DNA of 40,869 nucleotides from a bacterium (GTDB lineage Bacteria; Patescibacteriota; Microgenomatia; Daviesbacterales; UBA10151), in NCBI GenBank assembly GCA_021786105.1, contig JAJYNW010000013.1, forward strand, positions 1-40,869, given 5' to 3'. The translations under genes and the position numbers were made by a program. The notes beneath the pieces are model-generated. The model ran no database searches. It saw only the letters and a program-made list of their open reading frames with translations, and was not told the origin of the DNA. This document shows positions 17,451-25,386 of this stretch, piece by piece. Within the stretch, counting starts at the first letter, position 1, and each line of letters begins with the position of its first letter.

Positions 17451-18539
17451 CTAGCGCAAAACGTAAGCTGCTTTTTTAGTGCCGCCGGCTTTTTTAACCA
17501 AGCCTTTTTGGCGGAGGAATTTCAGCTCTCTTAAAACCGTATCATCCGAATAATCCGGGAAAATCTTCCGGAAATCTTTATTGGACAAAGCTTTGTGCCG
17601 GTGGATATATTCCATAATCATCATTTGCCTTTCGTTTAGCATCAACTGCTTGCCTAATTTATCCTTAATCCGGGCATCCACCGAAATCCTTTGCACTTTT
17701 TCCTTAACCCGGTTTAGCTCAATCGCCACCCCTTCGGTAAAATACTCCAGCCAGGGGGTTAAATCCCGCTCATGGGTATCCAACACCAATTGATTAGAAA
17801 CAGCCTGCAAAGTTAAATAATATTGCATCAGATTTTCATCAAAATATTCCTCAAAAGAAAAAAACTTCCTGATATCATAACCGTCTAAAAACAGAATCAG
17901 GGTAGCCACAGCTCTCGCTACCCGGCCATTCCCGTCCACAAAAGGATGAATCCTGGCCAGTTCATAGTGGATAATCCCGGCTTTGATAATCGGGTGGATT
18001 TGTTTAGTCTCATCAGAGTTAATCCAGTTGACCAAATCTTCCACCAAATACGGCACTTCCACAGCGGGCGGCGGAGTGTAGGAAATTTGTCCGGTCTTAG
18101 TATTCCTGATTACTACCTGCCTGATTCTAAACCGACCCGAAGTCTCCGGTGACAGAATTTTTTCAGTGGTGAGTTTATGCATTTCCAAAAGAGTTTCAAG
18201 AGTAAAAATGTAACTGCCCGATCCGGTAGCTGTCGGACCAATTTTGGTATAAATCTCATCAATAAACTTTAAAACATTCCGATAATTAATGATTTCCTGA
18301 ACATCCCGGTCCCGGGCAATCACTTCCTCCCCTTCCAACACATCCCGGACTTCTTCCTCGGATAATTGATTGCCTTCCAAATGTGTCCCATGGTGAATAG
18401 TCCTTTCAATTGCTTCCTTCCTAAACTTAGCTTCCCAAGCCGGCACTAAAGGAGCATTAACAATAATCTCCCTCGAGGCTTCCACGATACCAATATCCTT
18501 CAGTATCTTATTGGTGATGGTGTATTTGGGGATGAACAT
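17451..18539 (-). CDS. Fic family protein with a C-terminal winged HTH
   Basis: HPFVDGNGRVAR Fic motif; HLEGN; LNERQ...TVLRELKFL..KGLV. Confidence 0.92.
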   Translation of the reverse strand: MFIPKYTITNKILKDIGIVEASREIIVNAPLVPAWEAKFRKEAIERTIHHGTHLEGNQLSEEEVRDVLEGEEVIARDRDVQEIINYRNVLKFIDEIYTKIGPTATGSGSYIFTLETLLEMHKLTTEKILSPETSGRFRIRQVVIRNTKTGQISYTPPPAVEVPYLVEDLVNWINSDETKQIHPIIKAGIIHYELARIHPFVDGNGRVARAVATLILFLDGYDIRKFFSFEEYFDENLMQYYLTLQAVSNQLVLDTHERDLTPWLEYFTEGVAIELNRVKEKVQRISVDARIKDKLGKQLMLNERQMMIMEYIHRHKALSNKDFRKIFPDYSDDTVLRELKFLRQKGLVKKAGGTKKAAYVLR

Positions 18540-18595
18540 TGATTCAATTATCGCATTTTTCCCGCAAAAATTCTACGTTTACCAAAGGCCGATAT

Positions 18596-21500
18596 TTAAT
18601 GATGGTCTACATATCCGTCCCAAGCCTTAATCTCCAAATCTTCCTTTTTCTTGGAAGCCAAAGACGACACAAAAAGCTCTGCTGCCTGCAGATTAGTAAT
18701 TAAAGGTATACCTAAATCCACACAATTCCTTCTAATAATATAGCCAGCAGTCTCCCCAGCTTCTGATCTGGGTTTAGAAATGTTAATCACTAAATCTATG
18801 ATGCCCTCTTTTATCGGATCTAAGATGGAAGGGTACTTTTTCTCAGCGATTTTATGAAGTAAGGTATTTTTAATACCATGTTGGCTCAAGAATTTTGAGG
18901 TATGATCAGTAGCATAAATCTTAAAACCAAGTTCTGCCAATATTTTAGCTGATGGCAGTAAATCTAATTTACTTTTCTCCCCGCCAATTGTTAAAAATAC
19001 AGAACTTTTAGGCATTTTAAAACCAACTGCCAGGATGGCCTTAAGATACGCTTCCTGCAAATCTGAACCAAAACAGGCTACCTCTCCAGTCGAAGACATC
19101 TCTACCCTAAGCCGCGGATCTGCTCCTTTAATCCGGTTAAAGGAAAACTGCGGAGCCTTAACCCCCACATAATCTAAATCAATGGTTTTATAAGTGCCAG
19201 ACAACTTCTCCCCCAACATCACCCGAGTAGCCATCTCCACAAAATTAAATCCCGTGACTTTAGAAACAAACGGGAAAGAACGGGAAGCCCGTGAGTTTAA
19301 CTCAATCACCATAATCTCGTTATCCTTGGCCAAAAACTGAATATTAAACGGACCGTTGATATTCAAGGCTTTGATTATCTTTCTGGTAGCGTCTTTGATC
19401 TTCCTAACAGTTTCCAAAAATAACCTCTGCGGCGGTAATACAATGGTAGCATCACCGGAATGCACGCCGGCATTTTCCACATGCTCAGAGATAGCGTAAA
19501 TTAACAGATCTCCTTTTTGTCCAACCCCATCTACTTCAATCTCCTTAGCCCCGTCCACAAACTTGGAAATTACCACCGGATGCTCAGCGGATACATCGGA
19601 AGCATCTTGCAGGTATTTTTTCAAATCACTATCAGAATAAGCCACATTCATGGCCGATCCTGACAACACATAAGAAGGCCTGATCAGAACCGGAAAACCG
19701 ATGGATTTAGCAAATCCTACAGCCTCATTAAGATCTTTCAAGCTTTGCCAGGGTGCTTGTTTAATCTCTAGCTGATCTAATAATTTGGAGAATTTATTTC
19801 TATCTTCTGCCTGATCAATGCTTTCGGGGGAAGTTCCCAAAATCTGATAGCCAGCTTGAAAACACTGCATTGCCAAATTATTCGGCACTTGTCCCCCAAA
19901 TCCTAATACCAGCGAAACATTTCCTGAATTGTCATCCCGAACTCGTTTCGGGATCTTCATATCAGATGCTGAAACAAGTTCAGCATGACATAGTGATTGG
20001 TTTTCGATATCATATATATCACTCACCCTTTCAAAGGTCAGCTCGTCAAAATACAACTTATCTGCTGAGTCGTAATCAGTTGAAACCGTTTCCGGATTGC
20101 AGTTTATGATAATTGTCTCCAAACCTTTATCCCGTAGAGTTTGAGCACAGGTGACAGAACACCAGTCAAATTCCACCGAAGAACCAATCCGGTAGGGTCC
20201 AGAACCTAAAACAATGGCTTTTTTGGCCTTTGATTCTTTTAGTTCTTCTGATTCTTCTCCATGATAAGTCAAATACAAATAGTTGGTCTTGGCTGGATAT
20301 TCGGCTGCTAAGGTATCAATGTGTTTAACTTTAGGCGTAATTCCATGCTTTTTTCTAAACTCTCTAACTTCATCTTCGGTAACCTTAAAGGCTTTAGCCA
20401 ACAACTTATCCGAAAATCCCAGTTTTTTAGCCTGCAGCACTATTTGGGAACTGATGGTTGACAACTGAAGGCTCTTTTCAAACTCAACAATTTCTTTTAT
20501 TTGATATAGAAACCAGGGATCAATACCAGTAGCCTCATAAATGTTTTCTACAGATTCGCCTTTGGCAAATCTTTGCGCAATGGCAAATAACCGTTCAGTA
20601 GTAGGTAACAGCTTGGTATCGTCTACCTCATTACCCAACAAGCCATCTTGGCCGGTTTCCAACATCCGAATGGCTTTTTGTAAGACTTCCGGAAAACTTC
20701 GGCCGATAGCCATAACTTCGCCCACGCTTTTCATCTCCGAACCGATTTGCTCTTTGGCTCCGACAAACTTTTGCAAATCCCACCGCGGAATTTTAACCAC
20801 AATATAATCCAAAGCTGGTTCAAAAAAAGCTGAAGTAGATAAAGTGACGCTGTTTTTTAAATCCGGCAGGTTATAACCCAAACCAATTTTAGCCGCGATA
20901 TAGGCCAACGGGTAGCCGGTGGCTTTAGAAGCCAAAGCTGATGAACGGGACAGCCTGGCGTTTACCTCAATCACCCGGTAATCGTTATTCTCCGGATTTA
21001 AGGCAAACTGAATGTTACACTCCCCCACAATTCCCAGATGCTCGATTACCTGCAAAGAAATTTTCCGGAGATAATGGTACTGATAATTATTCAAAGTTTG
21101 AGACGGAGCCACCACGATACTTTCCCCTGTATGAACCCCCAAAGGATCCAAATTTTCCATATTACAAACAGTGATCTTATTACCGTTGTTATCCCGCACT
21201 ACCTCATATTCGATTTCCTTCCAGTGCTTTAAGTATTCTTCGATGGCAATTTGCGGGGCTTGCTTTAAAGCCGCCGTCACCATTTTGATAAATCCCTCTT
21301 TACTGTTGACCACCCCGGACCCCAAACCACCCAGAGAAAATCCGGATCTGATCAAAAGTGGGTATCCCAAATCATTGGCAATTTTCAAAGCTTCGTCCAA
21401 GGACCGGGCAAATCCCCCTTTCGGAACTTTCACTCCGATTTTGGAAAGCTCCCCGGCAAATAATTCTCTATCCTCTGTCACTTCAACGGCTTTAACCGGT

Positions 21501-21874
21501 GAACCCAAAACTTTCACACCGGCTTTTTTAAACGCTCCCTCGCGTTCCAGAGCTAAACCACAATTTAAAGCAGTTTGACCGCCAAATCCCAAAAATATCC
21601 CGTCCGGCTTCTCCTTCTCAATGACTTTTTTGACAAAATACGGAGTTACCGGCAAAAAGTAGATTTTTTCGGCCAGGTTTTTGGAAGTTTGAATGGTGGC
21701 GATATTGGGATTAATTAACACCGCCTCAACCCCTTCTTCTTTTAAAGCTTTTAAGGCTTGAGAACCGGAGTAATCAAACTCTCCCGCTTCCCCGATTTTT
21801 AATGCTCCGGAGCCTAGCACAAGCACCTTCTTAAGAATATTAGACTTATACGACTTATTTGATCTATCTGACAT
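18596..21874 (-). CDS. carB: Carbamoyl-phosphate synthase large subunit
   Basis: GSGALKIGEAGEFDYSGSQA, EVNARLSRSSALASKATGYP, NCNPETVSTDYD, HSGDAT, MGS domain; start reassigned to 21874. Confidence 0.96.
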   Translation of the reverse strand: MSDRSNKSYKSNILKKVLVLGSGALKIGEAGEFDYSGSQALKALKEEGVEAVLINPNIATIQTSKNLAEKIYFLPVTPYFVKKVIEKEKPDGIFLGFGGQTALNCGLALEREGAFKKAGVKVLGSPVKAVEVTEDRELFAGELSKIGVKVPKGGFARSLDEALKIANDLGYPLLIRSGFSLGGLGSGVVNSKEGFIKMVTAALKQAPQIAIEEYLKHWKEIEYEVVRDNNGNKITVCNMENLDPLGVHTGESIVVAPSQTLNNYQYHYLRKISLQVIEHLGIVGECNIQFALNPENNDYRVIEVNARLSRSSALASKATGYPLAYIAAKIGLGYNLPDLKNSVTLSTSAFFEPALDYIVVKIPRWDLQKFVGAKEQIGSEMKSVGEVMAIGRSFPEVLQKAIRMLETGQDGLLGNEVDDTKLLPTTERLFAIAQRFAKGESVENIYEATGIDPWFLYQIKEIVEFEKSLQLSTISSQIVLQAKKLGFSDKLLAKAFKVTEDEVREFRKKHGITPKVKHIDTLAAEYPAKTNYLYLTYHGEESEELKESKAKKAIVLGSGPYRIGSSVEFDWCSVTCAQTLRDKGLETIIINCNPETVSTDYDSADKLYFDELTFERVSDIYDIENQSLCHAELVSASDMKIPKRVRDDNSGNVSLVLGFGGQVPNNLAMQCFQAGYQILGTSPESIDQAEDRNKFSKLLDQLEIKQAPWQSLKDLNEAVGFAKSIGFPVLIRPSYVLSGSAMNVAYSDSDLKKYLQDASDVSAEHPVVISKFVDGAKEIEVDGVGQKGDLLIYAISEHVENAGVHSGDATIVLPPQRLFLETVRKIKDATRKIIKALNINGPFNIQFLAKDNEIMVIELNSRASRSFPFVSKVTGFNFVEMATRVMLGEKLSGTYKTIDLDYVGVKAPQFSFNRIKGADPRLRVEMSSTGEVACFGSDLQEAYLKAILAVGFKMPKSSVFLTIGGEKSKLDLLPSAKILAELGFKIYATDHTSKFLSQHGIKNTLLHKIAEKKYPSILDPIKEGIIDLVINISKPRSEAGETAGYIIRRNCVDLGIPLITNLQAAELFVSSLASKKKEDLEIKAWDGYVDHH
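19931..19989. repeat. GTCAT-family element in-frame in carB
   Basis: GTCATCCCGAACTCGTTTCGGGATCT tcatatc AGATGCTGAAACAAGTTCAGCATGAC. Confidence 0.92.
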
Positions 21875-22961
21875 ATGATAAAAACTCATCAAACAAATAT
21901 CCGGCATCAACCGGCCCGGGCGAAGCCTCCGGGTGAAACTGCACTGCCATAAATGGCTTCTTCTTGTGCCTGATTCCTTCGTTGGTACCATCGTTTAAAT
22001 TAACAAACCATTCTTCCCAATCAACGCTAAGAGATTTCATATCCACAGCATATCCGTGATTTTGGCTGATAATAATGGCTTTATTGCTGGTTTTATCCAA
22101 CACCGGCTGGTTTTGAGAACGGTGACCGAATTTTAATTTATAAGTTTGCCCCCCGGCCGCCAACCCCATGATCTGGCTACCTAAACAAATCCCAAAAACC
22201 GGCTTGCTCTTGGCCAATAATTGCCTGACTGTTTCTATGGTTTTTTGAGCTTGCGTGGGATCGCCGGGTCCGTTAGAAACCAGCACCCCGTCAAAATCCA
22301 TCTTGGCCTCGATCGGATTAAAATCCCAAGGTACCCTGGTCACCTTCACACCTCTTTTAACCAGGCTTCTGATAATATTTTCCTTAACCCCGCAATCAAT
22401 TAAGACAATATTTTTCTTACCTTCACCATACACCTCAACTTCTTTACAGCTGACATAAGGCAGGACATTCTCCTTATTAGGATCATAGATGAAGTCGTTA
22501 GTCGCCAGAGTCGAGAGTCTAGTATTCTCTTTCTCATTCCTTGACTCTTGACTCTTGACTCTTGACTCTATTCTTCCCAGCATCACGCCGTACTGCCGCA
22601 GTTTGGTAGTCAGAGCCCTGGTATCAATGCCCTGCAAAGCCGGAATCCCTTCTCCCTTTAGCCAGTCACCTAAAGTTTTCTGGCTTTCAAAGTGCGAAGG
22701 ATAGTCTATGTAATTTTGGACAATTAATCCCTTAATCTGGATTTTTTGGGATTCCCAAAAATCCTTTTTCGGTACCCCGTAGTTGCCCTGCAAAGGATAG
22801 GTCAGCACCAGAATCTGGCCATAATACGAAGGATCGGTTAAGGATTCCGGATATCCGACCATACCGGTATTAAAAACTACCTCACCCGAGGTGGGTTGAT
22901 CGGCGCCAAAACTTTGTCCTAAAAAAACTGTCCCATCGGACAGAATCAGTTTCCCTTGCAT
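21864..22961 (-). CDS. carA: Carbamoyl-phosphate synthase small subunit
   Basis: GEVVFNTGM.GY.ESLTDPSY, SNGPGDP, GICLG, QFHPE; start at 22961 with AAGGA SD. Confidence 0.96.
   Translation of the reverse strand: MQGKLILSDGTVFLGQSFGADQPTSGEVVFNTGMVGYPESLTDPSYYGQILVLTYPLQGNYGVPKKDFWESQKIQIKGLIVQNYIDYPSHFESQKTLGDWLKGEGIPALQGIDTRALTTKLRQYGVMLGRIESRVKSQESRNEKENTRLSTLATNDFIYDPNKENVLPYVSCKEVEVYGEGKKNIVLIDCGVKENIIRSLVKRGVKVTRVPWDFNPIEAKMDFDGVLVSNGPGDPTQAQKTIETVRQLLAKSKPVFGICLGSQIMGLAAGGQTYKLKFGHRSQNQPVLDKTSNKAIIISQNHGYAVDMKSLSVDWEEWFVNLNDGTNEGIRHKKKPFMAVQFHPEASPGPVDAGYLFDEFLSYVR
22493..22570. repeat. Inverted 7-bp arrays (AGTCNNN)n...(CTTGACT)4 in-frame in carA
   Basis: agtcgtt agtcgcc ag agtcgag agtctag ... 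cttgact x4. Confidence 0.85.
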
Positions 22962-22977
22962 ATGTTCCTTTCTGCCA

Positions 22978-23910
22978 TTAAATCCTGCCAAGCACTAATG
23001 TCAGTAATGCTTCCCGAATATACAAACCATTTCTGGCTTGTTTAAAATAAATGGCATTTGGGTGGTGGTCCAACACCGGATCGATTTCGTTTACCCTTGG
23101 TAAAGGGTGCATCAACTTAACCCCTTTATCCAAATACTTTTTAAAAGAGGCGTCTAAAATAAATTTATCTTTAACTTTTTTATACTCATCTAAATCTTTA
23201 AATCTTTCTTTCTGGACCCTGGTTTGATAAAGGAAATCCGCCTCTAAGCTTTCAGGTAAACGGTCACATTCTTCAAATGCAACTCCTCTTTCTTTTAAAA
23301 CCTTTAAAAACTCATCCGGCATCTTAAGAGTTGAGTGAGAAATAAAAATTTGTTTGACTTTAAAATGAGACAGAGCCAAAGACAGAGCATGGACAGTCCG
23401 GCCGTATTTTAAATCCCCCATGAAGGCTATCGTAATTCCATCCAGCTTACCTGCTTCTTTCATCATGGTATAAAGATCCAGCAAAGTTTGGGTGGGATGC
23501 TGATTTGGCCCGTCACCGGCATTGATCACCGGAATTTGGGCTACCTCAGCAGCTTTCTTGGCTGATCCGGACTCCGGATGCCTGATAATTAAGACATCAG
23601 CATAAGAATCCATAATTCTGATCGTGTCTGAGAAAGATTCACCTTTGTGAATACTGGTAGCCTTCGGATCATTGAAGCCAATTATACCCATGCCTATTTT
23701 CTGGGCAGCTGAGGAGAATGATTGCTCGGTACGGGTAGAGGGCTCAAAAAACAACAGGGCAGCAATTTTGCCTTGGGCTAAAGTGTAATTGGACCTTTTG
23801 CTTTTGACAAACTCAGGATCAAATTCTTTGGCAGCATTTAACACATAAAGCAGCTCGTCTTTAGAGAAATCGTTAATGTCCAAAATGTCCCGGCCTTTAA
23901 AACTTTGCAT
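22978..23910 (-). CDS. pyrB: Aspartate carbamoyltransferase catalytic subunit
   Basis: FFEPSTRT, INAGDG..QHPTQTLLD, GDLKYGRT, TRVQKER, MHPLPR; start reassigned to the ATG at 23910. Confidence 0.96.
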   Translation of the reverse strand: MQSFKGRDILDINDFSKDELLYVLNAAKEFDPEFVKSKRSNYTLAQGKIAALLFFEPSTRTEQSFSSAAQKIGMGIIGFNDPKATSIHKGESFSDTIRIMDSYADVLIIRHPESGSAKKAAEVAQIPVINAGDGPNQHPTQTLLDLYTMMKEAGKLDGITIAFMGDLKYGRTVHALSLALSHFKVKQIFISHSTLKMPDEFLKVLKERGVAFEECDRLPESLEADFLYQTRVQKERFKDLDEYKKVKDKFILDASFKKYLDKGVKLMHPLPRVNEIDPVLDHHPNAIYFKQARNGLYIREALLTLVLGRI

Positions 23911-23916
23911 TTTTTC

Positions 23917-23941
23917 AAAAAAAACCGCCCCTAAAGGCGGC
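23917..23941 (-). terminator. Intrinsic terminator/attenuator immediately upstream of pyrB
   Basis: Minus strand GCCGCC-TTTAGG-GGCGG followed by T8, ending 6 nt before the pyrB ATG. Confidence 0.8.
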
Positions 23942-23987
23942 AATTAGTTATATTAACTATAAGTGTTTCAAAACAGCGTTTTACCAT
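23931..23987 (-). CDS. Putative pyr leader peptide, 18 aa (MVKRCFETLIVNITNCRL*)
   Basis: ATG at 23987, open to TAG at 23933-23931 in the terminator loop; AGGA and TAGGTT just upstream. Confidence 0.55.
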   Translation of the reverse strand: MVKRCFETLIVNITNCRL

Positions 23988-24014
23988 AAATCCTAACCTA
24001 AATCTTTTGCTAGT

Positions 24015-25100
24015 TTAACCATAAAAGCTCCCTGTGTCAAGTTTTAACACCTGCCCATATGGACCAAATACACTTTGGCCATCATAAGCAATAGCCCCGC
24101 GCAGCACTACTTTTTTTACCTTACCAGTCACTTTCATCCCGGCAAAGGGGGTCCAGCCGGCTTTGGTAAACAAGTGATTAGGGTTTAGGGTATAGGGTTT
24201 AGTGATTTCTGCTTCCACAAAAGTCTCCCGCTGCTCCGGCAAGTTAAAAATCTGGCGGGGATTTTTGGAAGTCAGTTCAATAATTTTATCTACCGTCAAT
24301 TTTCCTTCATTTACCGCTGTCAATAGCAGCGGCAAAGTAGTTTCCAAACCGGGCACGCCATTTGGTACTTTTTCAGAACTCATCTTCTCTTCTTTAGTGT
24401 GCGGGGCATGGTCAGAACCGATCATATCAATTATCCCCTCGGCAATCCCCTGCCACAAAGCTACTTGGTCTTTTTTACTTCGAAGCGGCGGCCGCATCGC
24501 CCCAAATGGCCCTAATCTTTTGGCATCTTCTTCAGTTAAAAACAGGTGGTGACAGGTTGCTTCAGCACTGATTTGTAAACCATTTTGCTTAGCTGCCTTG
24601 ATCATTTCTACTTCTTCTTTTAAAGACACATGGCAAACATGTAATTTATTACCAAATTTGTTGGCCAAACTAAGGGCTTTTTGCAAAGTCTCCCCCTCCG
24701 CATGCACCAAAATTGGTTTTTCTTTGGTCCAAGTTGAAAAGACCTCTTCCAAAATCTGATCATCTTCAATCAACAATTCCCCGGTAGTATGGTTCATATA
24801 CAACTTCAGACCAAAGACTTGATCCTCAACTTCGGCAAAATATTGGATACTTTCCTTGCTGGCCCCGAAATGAAAACCAACATCAGAGTAGATTCGGCCT
24901 TTAGCCAAGTCCATTTTTTGCCGTAAAGCCTCCGCGGTGGTAGTGGGAATCGGATTATTTGGCATATCTAAAACTGTGGTAAATCCGCCGGCAATGGCAG
25001 CTTTAGTACCGGTTTCAAAATCTTCTTTTTGGGTAGCACCGGGTTCCCGAAGATGCACATGAGGATCAACTAAACCAGGTAATTTAACTAAGTTCGGCAT
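24015..25100 (-). CDS. pyrC: Dihydroorotase
   Basis: PGLVDPHVHLREPG, DMPN, HAE, HVCHVS, SDHAPH, WTPF.G. Confidence 0.93.
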   Translation of the reverse strand: MPNLVKLPGLVDPHVHLREPGATQKEDFETGTKAAIAGGFTTVLDMPNNPIPTTTAEALRQKMDLAKGRIYSDVGFHFGASKESIQYFAEVEDQVFGLKLYMNHTTGELLIEDDQILEEVFSTWTKEKPILVHAEGETLQKALSLANKFGNKLHVCHVSLKEEVEMIKAAKQNGLQISAEATCHHLFLTEEDAKRLGPFGAMRPPLRSKKDQVALWQGIAEGIIDMIGSDHAPHTKEEKMSSEKVPNGVPGLETTLPLLLTAVNEGKLTVDKIIELTSKNPRQIFNLPEQRETFVEAEITKPYTLNPNHLFTKAGWTPFAGMKVTGKVKKVVLRGAIAYDGQSVFGPYGQVLKLDTGSFYG

Positions 25101-25119
25101 TTGTTATATGATACAAGAT
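25101..25119. promoter_or_regulatory. Overlapping divergent -10 elements (bidirectional, leaderless-type)
   Basis: TATGAT (+, 25107-25112) 7 nt before ATG 25120; TATCAT (-, 25113-25108) 7 nt before ATG 25100. Confidence 0.55.
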
Positions 25120-25386
25120 ATGGCCAAAAAGAAAAATAACGGCTTATCCTTTTATAAAGAATTTACTACTCAACTAATCACTTTATCTACTTCCGCTTTT
25201 GGTTTTGCTGCTGCTTTAGCTTGGAATGACACCATTCAACAAACAGTCAAAGATTTCATCGAACCAAGTGTACCAGGGGCGGGAATCTTTTCTCGCTTTA
25301 TTTATGCACTACTAGTTACGCTCCTGGGTGTACTAGTCACCTATCAACTATCAAAAATCGCCCGCCGATTAGGTATTAAGAAGTGA
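25120..25386 (+). CDS. Small two-TM membrane protein (DUF5654-like)
   Basis: TSAFGFAAALAWNDTI...FIYALLVT; start at 25120 preferred over 25108. Confidence 0.7.
   Translation: MAKKKNNGLSFYKEFTTQLITLSTSAFGFAAALAWNDTIQQTVKDFIEPSVPGAGIFSRFIYALLVTLLGVLVTYQLSKIARRLGIKK

Noticed and set aside
17451-18539. Fic gene as part of a toxin-antitoxin or prophage module
   Set aside because: No adjacent antitoxin, integrase or phage genes; Fic-wHTH proteins are common stand-alone genes
19870-20109. Antisense ORF containing CHPELVSGS...MLKQVQHD
   Set aside because: Opposite-strand reading of the palindromic element inside carB; not an independent gene
21875-21991. 39-aa N-terminal extension of CarB
   Set aside because: Overlaps the conserved carA C-terminus in another frame and has no CarB-like sequence
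24178-24198. Telomere-like TTAGGG or a G-quadruplex
   Set aside because: The period is 7, not 6, and there are only three G-tracts; treated as a heptamer array
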